Virus record (IMG/VR): IMGVR_UViG_3300042945_003044
Origin: a virus
Reading direction: 5' to 3' (one strand)
Length of the DNA stretch: 64,000 bases
Positions 21,198-30,613 of the stretch are shown here, one piece after another. The position numbers and the translations under genes are program-made. The number at the start of each line of letters is the position of its first letter. Position 1 is the first letter of the stretch. Below the pieces are notes generated by a model. It was given only the letters and a program-made list of their open reading frames with translations. It did not search any database and was not told the DNA's origin.

Positions 21198-22901
21198 ATG
21201 ACCATATCTAGAAAAAACGCTAATTTAGGACAGTCTATTAATGCTTCTGGCATTAGTGATACTATTTATATAGCTAATAATAATGTTGGTATAAATGTTA
21301 GCAATCCATTATATCAATTAGATGTGGCTGGTACTGGTAATTTTAGTCAGGGTATTTTTGTTAATGGCACGGGCGTTAGTATTGGTGGTCATTCACATAA
21401 TATTTCCGATATTAATAATTTACAGTCTACACTAAATAATATATCCACTATTCAAGGTACTCAGGGCGTTCAGGGAATTATTGGTACACAAGGAATACAG
21501 GGTTTATTTGGTATTCAGGGGTTTATTGGTAGTCAAGGTACCACGGGTAGCACGGGAGGTCAAGGTGTTCAAGGCATTACGGGTAGTCAAGGCGTTCAAG
21601 GAATAACTGGTAGTCAAGGAACTACGGGCAACACTGGCAGTCAGGGAATAACTGGCTTACAAGGAACCACAGGTAGTCAGGGAGTAACCGGTAGTCAAGG
21701 CACTACTGGTAGTCAGGGCTTAACAGGAAGTCAAGGAATTGATGGCGTTCAAGGTTTGACCGGTAGTCAGGGCTTAACGGGCAGTCAAGGCACCATGGGT
21801 AGCCAAGGAATCACAGGCAGTCAAGGCTTAACGGGCAATCAAGGTATTCAAGGCCTAACAGGCAGTCAAGGTTTGACTGGTAGTCAAGGCTTAACGGGTT
21901 CGCAAGGCGTTCAAGGTTTGACGGGTAGTCAAGGCACCACGGGTAGCGCTGGCAGTCAAGGAGTTCAAGGTATTACGGGTAGTCAAGGCACCACGGGTAG
22001 CGCTGGCAGTCAAGGAGTTCAAGGTATCACGGGCAGCCAAGGTATTCAAGGTATTACGGGTAGTCAAGGTACTACTGGTAGTCAGGGCTTAACGGGCAGC
22101 CAGGGTATTGCTGGAAGTCAAGGTATCACGGGCAGTCAAGGCTTAACCGGTAGTCAAGGTACCACCGGAAGTCAAGGAGCCTCCGGTAGCGCGGGAGGTC
22201 AAGGTGTTCAAGGTATCACGGGCAGTCAAGGCGTTACGGGTAGTCAGGGGATAACAGGCCCGCAGGGTACCATTGGAGCAACCGGTCCTGTAGGTCAAGG
22301 TTTTTCAGATGGTAATAAAGGAGATATTACGATAAGCAATGGCGGAGCTACTTTGAGTATTAATACCGACTCTGTTACAACAGTAGATATTGCTAACGGG
22401 GCTATTACCACATCAAAACTAGATACTAATATTACCATCGATTGTGGCGTGATCCTACCTCCCAATACTCCCACAATAACCAGTACTCCTACTCAGACGC
22501 CCACATTGACTCCCACTCCAACAGCCAGTTCGGTATTATCAGCCTCTTTACAAAAAGCTTCAACTGGAGTATTTGATTCGGCTACAGGTTCTGGTACATC
22601 TTCTAGCCCATTAACATGGAATGGGTTGGTTGAAAATAATGGCACATATTTAATGTTCACATGTCTTGCTACAGGAACATTAAACCTAACAACGACAGTA
22701 CGCAGTGGTTGTGGCGATTTTGGGTGCGATGTAATACAGGTCACGAAAAACAATCTATTGGCTTGGGAGATACCCTTAACAAACGGAGCCACGCTGTCTA
22801 GATCTACGACATTTTCTGTAGCTACTAATGATATAATCAGATTATATATCTTAAATGAATGGGGAGCGAGAGTACAATCTTTTTCGGCTAATATACAATG
22901 A
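21198..22901 (+). CDS. Collagen-like fibre protein with PT linker and C-terminal beta domain
   Basis: About 94 continuous Gly-X-Y triplets, then DGNKGDITIS, IDCG and a PT tract. Confidence 0.9.
   Translation: MTISRKNANLGQSINASGISDTIYIANNNVGINVSNPLYQLDVAGTGNFSQGIFVNGTGVSIGGHSHNISDINNLQSTLNNISTIQGTQGVQGIIGTQGIQGLFGIQGFIGSQGTTGSTGGQGVQGITGSQGVQGITGSQGTTGNTGSQGITGLQGTTGSQGVTGSQGTTGSQGLTGSQGIDGVQGLTGSQGLTGSQGTMGSQGITGSQGLTGNQGIQGLTGSQGLTGSQGLTGSQGVQGLTGSQGTTGSAGSQGVQGITGSQGTTGSAGSQGVQGITGSQGIQGITGSQGTTGSQGLTGSQGIAGSQGITGSQGLTGSQGTTGSQGASGSAGGQGVQGITGSQGVTGSQGITGPQGTIGATGPVGQGFSDGNKGDITISNGGATLSINTDSVTTVDIANGAITTSKLDTNITIDCGVILPPNTPTITSTPTQTPTLTPTPTASSVLSASLQKASTGVFDSATGSGTSSSPLTWNGLVENNGTYLMFTCLATGTLNLTTTVRSGCGDFGCDVIQVTKNNLLAWEIPLTNGATLSRSTTFSVATNDIIRLYILNEWGARVQSFSANIQ
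21456..22301 (+). repeat. Collagen Gly-X-Y coding repeat, including a 54-bp tandem duplication (21921-22028)
   Basis: Recurrent GGYAGTCAAGG units. 21921-21974 repeats at 21975-22028 with one mismatch. Confidence 0.9.
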
Positions 22902-23344
22902 ATTTTAAATTAAATAACATCAATATTACAGAACTATTAAGTAATAAACATATAAATTATGTTAATACGCCAGGTTTTAATTTTGATAAATTATTTGATA
23001 GGCCATCAGACTTGTTGGATTATGAAAACAAAACCGGCTATTTTCAAAAAATATTTTTAGAAGAGCACATGGAAATTTTAGGGTACAGATGCAAAAATCT
23101 CATATTTTATCCACCACGCGGCGGTATGGGGTGGCATACTAACGGTCCAAAATCTGGCAAAAGAATATATATATCATGGTCAGAAAGTGGTGATAGTGGT
23201 ATGAATTGGTACGATATTGAAAAAGATAATATTCTAATAGATAGAGATGAGATTGGTTTTAATATTAGAATATTTAATATCCCCCAGTGGCACTGTGTTT
23301 GGTCAAAATGTAATAGATTTTCTATCGGATTTGATATAGGCTAA
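22898..23344 (+). CDS. 2OG-Fe(II) oxygenase-like (double-stranded beta-helix) protein
   Basis: YPP.GGMGWHTN...WHCV....NRFSIGF, i.e. Hx(D/N)...H...RxS pattern. Confidence 0.7.
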   Translation: MNFKLNNINITELLSNKHINYVNTPGFNFDKLFDRPSDLLDYENKTGYFQKIFLEEHMEILGYRCKNLIFYPPRGGMGWHTNGPKSGKRIYISWSESGDSGMNWYDIEKDNILIDRDEIGFNIRIFNIPQWHCVWSKCNRFSIGFDIG

Positions 23345-23383
23345 GAATATACTGATAAAAAAGTTTTTATAGAGGTTGTTATA

Positions 23384-24016
23384 ATGCCAACAATTCAAAA
23401 CAAACGAGGAACAGCCGCTACTTTGGCTTCTGTTAATCCTATACTTGCGGCCGGCGAAATTGTTTTTGAAATAGATACACAGAGGTTTAAAGTAGGAGAC
23501 GGTGTTACTGCTTGGAACACGTTAGTCTATGTAAATACCGCAGGTCCGTCCGGTAGTCAGGGCGTTCAAGGTATCACGGGCAGTCAAGGTACCGCCGGTA
23601 GCACGGGTAGTCAGGGTGTTCAAGGAATAACTGGTAGTCAAGGCACCTCCGGTAGTACGGGAAGTCAAGGCGTTCAAGGCATCACGGGCAGCCAAGGTAT
23701 TCAAGGTATTACGGGTAGTCAAGGTTTAACCGGCAGTCAAGGAATAGACGGCAGTCAGGGCTTAACGGGCAGTCAAGGAATTCAAGGCCTAACCGGCAGT
23801 CAAGGAATTCAAGGCCTAACCGGCAGTCAAGGTTTAACCGGCAGTCAAGGTATCACGGGCAGTCAAGGAGTCCAAGGCTTAACCGGCAGTCAAGGAATAG
23901 ACGGCGTTCAAGGTTTGACCGGCAGTCAAGGTTTGACCGGCAGTCAAGGCATTCAAGGCATTCAAGGAACCAATGCCACTAAAAACTCTTACTATATAGG
24001 TACAATTTTTAACTAG
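23384..24016 (+). CDS. Mtd-N anchored collagen-like fibre protein
   Basis: IQNKRGTAA...[23 protein letters not shown] followed by about 48 Gly-X-Y triplets. Confidence 0.9.
   Translation: MPTIQNKRGTAATLASVNPILAAGEIVFEIDTQRFKVGDGVTAWNTLVYVNTAGPSGSQGVQGITGSQGTAGSTGSQGVQGITGSQGTSGSTGSQGVQGITGSQGIQGITGSQGLTGSQGIDGSQGLTGSQGIQGLTGSQGIQGLTGSQGLTGSQGITGSQGVQGLTGSQGIDGVQGLTGSQGLTGSQGIQGIQGTNATKNSYYIGTIFN
23543..23974 (+). repeat. Collagen Gly-X-Y coding repeat, including an exact 27-bp tandem duplication (23768-23821)
   Basis: GGCAGTCAAGGAATTCAAGGCCTAACC occurs twice in tandem. Confidence 0.9.
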
Positions 24017-24027
24017 GAAACTAATAA

Positions 24028-24612
24028 ATGATTGATAATAATTTAATTTTAAAATACTATGGACAGCCTCCTTATTACAGAAATAAATTAACCGGGCTAA
24101 TTGAGACGCTTCCTAATAGAATTAGATTACCTGACGGGTCAACAAGAACGGATCCATCACAATGGTCAAATGATCCCGAAATATTAGAGCTGTCCGGCTT
24201 TATGATCACGGAGATTACTCAAGAAGATATTAATTTAAAAATGCCCAGCCTTGAAGAAGCCAAACAACAAAAATTAGAAGCTCTTGACGAGGTTTGGAAA
24301 GAAAAAATCAAATCGGGATGGGCTACTCCTTATGGTTGGAGCCTCGGTTTAGATATTTCTGATGTTACATTGCTTATGGGAGCATTCTTATTGCTCAAAG
24401 AAGCTTCGGCTCTGGGATTGCAGAACTCAACCACGATCATAGATATTGAAGGAGTTAGCCACGAATTGAATATTCAGGACTTGACTTCTTTGATGCTAGC
24501 CTATGGACAAGCAAGATCTCAACTAAGCCAAGAAGATTCATTGTTAAGACTTCAAATAAAATCATCAACCACTATAGAGGAACTGGAGGGAATAAATTAT
24601 GGTAACGCCTAA
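24028..24612 (+). CDS. Tail fibre assembly chaperone-like protein (DUF4376-like)
   Basis: LP.RIRL.DGSTRTD N-terminus; SLEEAKQQKL...IKSSTTIEELEGI C-terminal pattern. Confidence 0.6.
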   Translation: MIDNNLILKYYGQPPYYRNKLTGLIETLPNRIRLPDGSTRTDPSQWSNDPEILELSGFMITEITQEDINLKMPSLEEAKQQKLEALDEVWKEKIKSGWATPYGWSLGLDISDVTLLMGAFLLLKEASALGLQNSTTIIDIEGVSHELNIQDLTSLMLAYGQARSQLSQEDSLLRLQIKSSTTIEELEGINYGNA

Positions 24613-24970
24613 TCTCATGTCGCCAACGACCGTTAATGGAAAAACAACATATTTAACGCTCGCAAACACAACAGAAACCAATCTTTTAGTTAATGCAGCT
24701 AACTCCGATGCTGCTATAAAAATAGTATCTATTTATGCAGCGAATATTGACGGAGTGGTTTCGGTCGATTGTACTTTGAGGATATACAATTCCGCCACGG
24801 CTGGAACGGGTTTTCCAATCGTCAATACCGTTACTGTTCCAGCGGATGCTACCGTTGTTTTAGTAGGCAGAGACGCTCCAATTTGGCTTGAAGAAGACAG
24901 AAGGCTCACAGTTCAGGCTAGTGCGGGTGGAGATCTGACAATTGTGTGCTCTTATGAAGAGGTGCGTTGA
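24599..24970 (+). CDS. Small beta-sandwich fibre adaptor protein
   Basis: PN......GKT...AANIDG...TVTVPADAT.V......IWLEED...SYEE pattern, typical of small phage fibre adaptors. Confidence 0.7.
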   Translation: MVTPNLMSPTTVNGKTTYLTLANTTETNLLVNAANSDAAIKIVSIYAANIDGVVSVDCTLRIYNSATAGTGFPIVNTVTVPADATVVLVGRDAPIWLEEDRRLTVQASAGGDLTIVCSYEEVR

Positions 24971-25785
24971 TGGGTGTTGTTTTTCGAGAAGGAAACATGA
25001 TAGGAGCAACAAGAACATCTTCATTATCTGCTGGTAATGGAATTTGGAATATTTATGAGATTGAAAATAGGAATAGACGGAATCAGTGGCCAGTTCAGAT
25101 AGTCGGAGATGGATTGCAAATGAATATGGATGCGGGCATTCCCGAGTCATATGCCGGGTCGGGTAGCACATGGAATGATTTAAGCGGAAACAATCGTCAC
25201 GTAACATTGGTTAACTCTCCCTCATACAGTTCAAATAACGGGGGATTTTTAAGTTTCAACGGAACCAACCAGAGTGCAAACCGAACATACGAAAACATCG
25301 GAACAAACAACTTTTCATTAGACGTGTGGGCGAGACCAACCGCGACCATAACCGTTAACGCCCAGGCCACTTCTGGAACAACAGGATTGACAGGACAAAG
25401 ATATCTTCTTTTCCCAGCTCAGTCCGCAACAAACGGTGGAGCAGGAATATCTCTTGGGACGAACGGCCTCAGTGTTTATGAGCATGGAAACGCTTATCTC
25501 GCCCCTTTATTATCTCATGCTGTAGCCATATCCAATACTATTTTTACTAATATTGTCATTGTTTATACCAACAAACTGCCAAGTCTGTATATCAATAATG
25601 TTTTTATAAAAAATGGGTTTACGAGTCTGAGAGCAAGCGTTTTTTATAATTCGGGAGAGTTTATCGCCGGTCAATACGGTCTTTTCTCGGGTGCTGTGAG
25701 TAGCGTTAAAATATATAACAAATCGCTTTCGGCAAGCGAGATATCTCAAAACTTCAATGCTCTCCGAAACAGGTATGGTGTTTAA
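24970..25785 (+). CDS. LamG/ConA-like fibre tip protein
   Basis: GIW..E......WP; DAG..SY.GSG.TW.DLSGN; IYNKSLS..EI.QNFNA...RYGV. Confidence 0.85.
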   Translation: MGVVFREGNMIGATRTSSLSAGNGIWNIYEIENRNRRNQWPVQIVGDGLQMNMDAGIPESYAGSGSTWNDLSGNNRHVTLVNSPSYSSNNGGFLSFNGTNQSANRTYENIGTNNFSLDVWARPTATITVNAQATSGTTGLTGQRYLLFPAQSATNGGAGISLGTNGLSVYEHGNAYLAPLLSHAVAISNTIFTNIVIVYTNKLPSLYINNVFIKNGFTSLRASVFYNSGEFIAGQYGLFSGAVSSVKIYNKSLSASEISQNFNALRNRYGV

Positions 25786-26579
25786 TGGGAAAAAGATTTG
25801 CAAATACAATAGGAAACGCAAACACTCCCACAGATTTACTAGCTAGTGGAGTTTGGTCTTTAGATCAAGTAAGTTCATCTATTAGGAATAATCAATGGCC
25901 AAGTATCGTTGATGGACTAATACTATTTTTTGATGCAGCAAACCCAAACAGCTATCCTGGATCTGGCACTGTTGTAAACGATGTTAGTATAAATAGGAAT
26001 TCAGGCACATTATTAAACGGCGTTGGATATTCTTCGCTAAATAGTGGCTATTTTACATTTGATGGGGTAAATGATTCAATAGTCATGAATAACACAATGT
26101 CATCGCTTACAGATTTTAGCATAGAAACTTGGTTTTTTTTGACGACAACGGATGCAAACTATAGAGAGTTGTTTACTTCTGGTCTTCTGGGAATTAGATT
26201 TGGTAATACTGGATTTGGAGACAGGCTTCAAGTAGGGGTTGATTTGAGCACGGTCAATGGTTGTTTTAATACAAGCTTAAATAAAGCGGGCGCGGTCAAT
26301 ACCTGGAGACATTTATGTTGGACTAGACAGTCAGGAGTTAATAGAGTTTTTCTTGGTGGGGTTCAGCAAAATTTGGCGCAAGGCACTGGATTTACATATA
26401 ATTTGACTTCTTTTACAAATGGCACCGGTGTCACTCTGGTTAGTACTTCTGCTGCTTGGGGTTCTGGCGGCGGTCGGTTTTTAGGACGACTGCCTGTTTT
26501 GAGAATTTATAACAGAGCTTTATCGCAATCAGAAATTTCTTCCAATTTCAATCAATTGAGAGGAAGATATGGTGTCTAA
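25785..26579 (+). CDS. LamG/ConA-like fibre tip protein (paralog of 24970)
   Basis: Same N-terminal GVW...WP and C-terminal IYNRALS..EI..NFN..RGRYGV motifs. Confidence 0.85.
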   Translation: MGKRFANTIGNANTPTDLLASGVWSLDQVSSSIRNNQWPSIVDGLILFFDAANPNSYPGSGTVVNDVSINRNSGTLLNGVGYSSLNSGYFTFDGVNDSIVMNNTMSSLTDFSIETWFFLTTTDANYRELFTSGLLGIRFGNTGFGDRLQVGVDLSTVNGCFNTSLNKAGAVNTWRHLCWTRQSGVNRVFLGGVQQNLAQGTGFTYNLTSFTNGTGVTLVSTSAAWGSGGGRFLGRLPVLRIYNRALSQSEISSNFNQLRGRYGV

Positions 26580-26592
26580 TAAATTAATAGAT

Positions 26593-26623
26593 TTGACATT
26601 ATTTAAGAACTCATTAGTATAAT
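26593..26623 (+). promoter_or_regulatory. Sigma70-like promoter
   Basis: Perfect TTGACA at 26593-26598, with TAGTAT at 16-nt or TATAAT at 19-nt spacing, about 20 nt before ATG 26644. Confidence 0.55.
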
Positions 26624-26643
26624 TTATACTCTAGAGAATTCTT

Positions 26644-27633
26644 ATGAAAAGCGAACTTTCAAATTTTGTCAAATATTGTGTAGACCAAGGAGGTGGCTTA
26701 TATCCATTATTAGTATCTAGTAATGACATAATTGGACCATCATTAACTAATCCTTCTATTATTAATCTAAATGGACAATTATTAGTTAATTTACGTAATG
26801 TTAATTATGTCCTATACCATGCTGAACACGGCATTAATGAACACGTATGGGGACCATTATGCTACTTACACACCGAACAACATCAAGTATTAGCAACCCA
26901 TAATATACTTTGCGAATTAGATAGTAATCTAAATATAGTTTCTAATTCTATAGCGGACACTAAGAATCTAGACGCTAAGCCACTATGGGAGTTTATTGGA
27001 CTAGAAGACTGCAGGCTGGTTCATTGGGATCAGAAATTATTTTTGAGCGGCGTGAGACGGGATACAACACCAAATGGTCAAGGAAGAATAGAACTATCGG
27101 AAATAGTTTCTGAACAAAATAGCTGGAAAGAAATTTCGAGACAAAGACTACCGGCTCCATATCCAGATAATTCATATTGTGAAAAAAATTGGATGCCCAT
27201 TATGGATAGGCCGTATCAGTATGTGAAATGGACAAACCCCACAGAAGTCGTGGAATATAATCCAGAAACTAAAGAGACTAAAACGGTTATTTTAACAGAA
27301 TATCAAAATTTGAACACTAGAGATTTAAGGGGCGGTTCTCAGGTTATCCCCTATAAAGATTATTACTTAGCTATTGTTCATGAAGTAGACTTATTTAAGA
27401 GTGAAGCGGGTCGCAAAAATGCCACATATAGACATAGGTTTATTTTATGGGACAAGGACTTTAATCTACTTAGAGTATCTCCGTTGTTTGACTTTATGGG
27501 CGGAGAAATAGAATTCGCTTGCGGTATGACACGTTATAACAATCAAATATTAATAACTTTTGGGTTTCAAGACAATGCCTCTTATTTACTAGCTGTTAAT
27601 ACTACTACTATAGACGAGATTATGGGATTATGA
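26644..27633 (+). CDS. Five-bladed beta-propeller glycoside hydrolase/phosphorylase/transferase-like protein (GH130/GT91-like)
   Basis: NPSI, GLEDCRL, EKNWMP, LRGGS and IEFACG motifs. Confidence 0.7.
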   Translation: MKSELSNFVKYCVDQGGGLYPLLVSSNDIIGPSLTNPSIINLNGQLLVNLRNVNYVLYHAEHGINEHVWGPLCYLHTEQHQVLATHNILCELDSNLNIVSNSIADTKNLDAKPLWEFIGLEDCRLVHWDQKLFLSGVRRDTTPNGQGRIELSEIVSEQNSWKEISRQRLPAPYPDNSYCEKNWMPIMDRPYQYVKWTNPTEVVEYNPETKETKTVILTEYQNLNTRDLRGGSQVIPYKDYYLAIVHEVDLFKSEAGRKNATYRHRFILWDKDFNLLRVSPLFDFMGGEIEFACGMTRYNNQILITFGFQDNASYLLAVNTTTIDEIMGL

Positions 27634-28874
27634 GAGAGTTATCAGATTATATAAAAGACCCCGACAATGATCTCAATAATTTTTATTTAGGTCTATTTTA
27701 TGAGAATCAGAACCACCACGCTCCCGCATCAGGTTTTTATTTGAGGTGTGCAGAAAAAACTTCTAGTATTGACTTACGATATGAGTCTTTATTAAGGATG
27801 TATCTATGCTATAGAAATCTAGGAGGCAGAGACTATACATGTGAAACACTATTAAAACAAGCTATATCTTTGTGTCCACGCAAACCAGAAGCTTATTTTT
27901 TTCTCACTCAATATTACGAAGCTAAATCAGATTGGTCTAGCATATATACCTATGCTAGTATATCTTTAGATATCTGCGAAGAGAAGTCGGTATTTTTTTC
28001 TACAATAGAATTTCCTGATTTATATGCTTTGTTATTCCAGAAAGCGGCCTCGGCGTGGTGGATAGGAAAACCCCTAGAGGCAAGGAAATTATTTAAGGAG
28101 CTGTTTAATAATTATATTGATAAGATGACAGATAAGTATAAAACTTTATTAGAAAATAATTTATCTAGACTAGGTAGTGGCCCAGAGTCTCAGGCCATAA
28201 GACCATACAATAAAAATCTTAAAGATAACTTAAACTTTACTTTTAAAGGTATAGATTTAGTAGATCATAATTTTTCTCAAGTATATCAGGATATGTTTAT
28301 ACTGACTGCCCTAAATGGCAAGCGTAATGGGTCATACTTAGAAATAGGCTCGTCCGACGCTTTAAAAAACAGCAATACCGCACTACTAGAGACCAAGTTT
28401 GATTGGACAGGAATTGGTATAGAATTTAATCAGGACTTTGTTAACACCCATAAAAATCAAAGAAAAAACCCTGTATTATGTACGGATGCTCTGATCGTGA
28501 ACTATGAGAAATTGTTAACTAAATATTTTCCAGGTCAAAACAATATAGATTATTTACAACTAGATATAGAGCCGCCCAAAAACACATATGAGGCCTTATT
28601 AAGTATTCCTTTTGATAAATATAAATTTGCCGTAATAACATATGAGCACGATGACTATATAGATATATCTCGTTCATATAAACAAAAATCTAGAGAGTAT
28701 TTACAGTCTCTGGGTTATATTTTAGTGGTCAATGACGTATCTCCCGATCAAAATAGTTCTTTTGAGGATTGGTGGGCTCACCCAGATTTAGTAGACATTG
28801 ATATAATAAAAGGGCTAAAATCTCAAATATCAGAAGATCTAAACCAAGTAGAACGAGTCTTTTTGCATAAATAG
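27630..28874 (+). CDS. TPR-repeat + FkbM-family SAM methyltransferase
   Basis: Helical TPR-like N-terminus (AISLCPRKPEAYFFL); SQ..QD.F, YLEIGS, SNT..LE...W.GI.IE, IDYLQLDIE, IT.EHD, EDWW motifs. Confidence 0.8.
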   Translation: MRELSDYIKDPDNDLNNFYLGLFYENQNHHAPASGFYLRCAEKTSSIDLRYESLLRMYLCYRNLGGRDYTCETLLKQAISLCPRKPEAYFFLTQYYEAKSDWSSIYTYASISLDICEEKSVFFSTIEFPDLYALLFQKAASAWWIGKPLEARKLFKELFNNYIDKMTDKYKTLLENNLSRLGSGPESQAIRPYNKNLKDNLNFTFKGIDLVDHNFSQVYQDMFILTALNGKRNGSYLEIGSSDALKNSNTALLETKFDWTGIGIEFNQDFVNTHKNQRKNPVLCTDALIVNYEKLLTKYFPGQNNIDYLQLDIEPPKNTYEALLSIPFDKYKFAVITYEHDDYIDISRSYKQKSREYLQSLGYILVVNDVSPDQNSSFEDWWAHPDLVDIDIIKGLKSQISEDLNQVERVFLHK

Positions 28875-28890
28875 ACGCCGTTGATTATAT

Positions 28891-28902
28891 GGTGTATTTT
28901 TT
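28891..28902 (+). promoter_or_regulatory. GGTGTA-W-rich putative late promoter element
   Basis: Intergenic GGTGTATTTTTT, 60 nt before ATG 28951. Confidence 0.55.
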
Positions 28903-28950
28903 ATTAGATGCTATCAAAACTTTGAACCCGTATATTTAAAAGGCTAATTT

Positions 28951-29472
28951 ATGAGCTGGCAAATAGAAATACCTATAATTGTTCGTACTCTGATTAATGA
29001 TTTGGGAGATACGCCGGTTTATAGCGATGAAAGAATACAGCAGACTATAGCGGTCGCTGCTAAATACGTTCAATTCGACGTGGTATTAGACCATAAATAT
29101 AATATTGACGTGGCTAATCCAAATATTAGCCCAGACCCAACTAGCGACCGAGATGAAATCTTTATTAGTTTGGTCAGTTTGAAGGCTGCTTGTATCATAG
29201 ATCAAAGTGCTCTAAGAACCAAAGCCGCTTTGGAAGGCATAAGAGCCGCTCTTGGCCCTGCTAGCCTAAGTGTTGCGGGACAAAGCGCCGCGTGGAAAAC
29301 AATAATAGAGCATGGCCCATGCGCTTTATACGAAGAGCTTACTTCTCATTGGGATGTTAAAGAGGCCACAGCTATACGAGCTGTGCTTAGTCCGTTTGTG
29401 GGTAATAATTTTGATCCAAGAAATATTAATTTCCATAATAACAGCGTTCGCAACAGAAACTTTTTTTCATAA
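28951..29472 (+). CDS. Putative head-tail adaptor
   Basis: VRTLINDLG..P.YSDE.I motif of helical adaptor proteins; first gene of the neck block. Confidence 0.6.
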   Translation: MSWQIEIPIIVRTLINDLGDTPVYSDERIQQTIAVAAKYVQFDVVLDHKYNIDVANPNISPDPTSDRDEIFISLVSLKAACIIDQSALRTKAALEGIRAALGPASLSVAGQSAAWKTIIEHGPCALYEELTSHWDVKEATAIRAVLSPFVGNNFDPRNINFHNNSVRNRNFFS

Positions 29473-29481
29473 GAATAAACT

Positions 29482-30399
29482 ATGGCAGCTATTACTTACG
29501 ACTTCAATATAGAGCAAGGGTCTTATTACGAAATTACATTTGTCTATCAGGACCCTAATGGTAATCCTGTAGATATATCCGACTGGTGCGCCGTACTCCA
29601 GTGGACAGACTCGAATAATAATAGGACAGTATTTAGTAATAGAAATAAAAATTTAAATTATGACTTATCTACTTATTCGGATGGCAGGATAACATTTAGT
29701 CTACCGGCTACTACAACGAATACATACTCTTTTGATTTTGCTTTATACGATCTGGATCTTCAAGAACCCAATGAGCAATATCAGGGTAGCGGCTATAGAA
29801 CTTTTAGATTGTCTACAGGAAGGGCGTTTATTATAAGAAGATCTAACCCCCAAGAACTAATCACCAACTGTATAGATTTACCATCAACAGAATCTGTATG
29901 TCCAACAGAATGCTTATCAACAGATATTTATGCTGTTAAATATTCTGGTGGAGGCATTAATATTCCAGATAATGGATCAGCCTCTTCGACTATACAAATA
30001 ACAGACACCAGAACCATCGAGAATATAGAACTAGCAATCAACGGGTTGGTGCATAAAAATCCACAAGATCTAGTCTTTGTTTTAGTTCCACCAACAGGGT
30101 CGTCTATTCTACTGTCGGCAAATCAAAAAATTAAAAATTATAGACCAGGATTCAATTATATTATTTCTGATTCCGCTCCTGCGGATGCCTACTTACATAA
30201 TATAACTAATAATAGTAAATGTAGAATTTATGATAAGACACAGATTATCAATTCTGATTCCCCGTTGGTCCCCTCCTTTGTCCATCTGCAAAACCAGCTG
30301 GCTAATGGAACCTGGGAATTGTTAATTGAAGATACCGATCCAAGCGAGTCCGGCAGTATCGTTTCTTGGACCCTGATAGTCACATATCATTCAGAATAA
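29482..30399 (+). CDS. BppU-like Ig domain fused to proprotein-convertase P-domain
   Basis: FNIEQGS...F.Y.D.NG.PVDI...YDL.L (BppU-like); IPDN...H....DL...L..P.G...NGTW.L.I.D...G.I.SW.L (P-domain). Confidence 0.7.
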   Translation: MAAITYDFNIEQGSYYEITFVYQDPNGNPVDISDWCAVLQWTDSNNNRTVFSNRNKNLNYDLSTYSDGRITFSLPATTTNTYSFDFALYDLDLQEPNEQYQGSGYRTFRLSTGRAFIIRRSNPQELITNCIDLPSTESVCPTECLSTDIYAVKYSGGGINIPDNGSASSTIQITDTRTIENIELAINGLVHKNPQDLVFVLVPPTGSSILLSANQKIKNYRPGFNYIISDSAPADAYLHNITNNSKCRIYDKTQIINSDSPLVPSFVHLQNQLANGTWELLIEDTDPSESGSIVSWTLIVTYHSE

Positions 30400-30402
30400 T
30401 CA

Positions 30403-30594
30403 ATGAATTATAACATAGCGCTATTTAAAAAATACGGATTAGTTGTTGTGAGTCAAAACTTGATACCGGTTCTGATTGACACCATAGCAAATAAGATAAC
30501 TATACAACGCAATATAATATTAGAACCTAAATACGCAACAGAGGAGCGGATCTCTGTGATTAAGTCGGACAATACCATTCCTTTGAAGCAATAA
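30403..30594 (+). CDS. Small hypothetical protein
   Basis: 63-aa ORF that exactly fills the gap between co-oriented genes. Confidence 0.5.
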   Translation: MNYNIALFKKYGLVVVSQNLIPVLIDTIANKITIQRNIILEPKYATEERISVIKSDNTIPLKQ

Positions 30595-30613
30595 TAAATA
30601 GAAAAGATTTATT

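Noticed and set aside
21456-23974. CRISPR-like short periodic repeats
   Set aside because: In-frame 9/18/27-bp collagen coding repeats without unique spacers; no cas genes.
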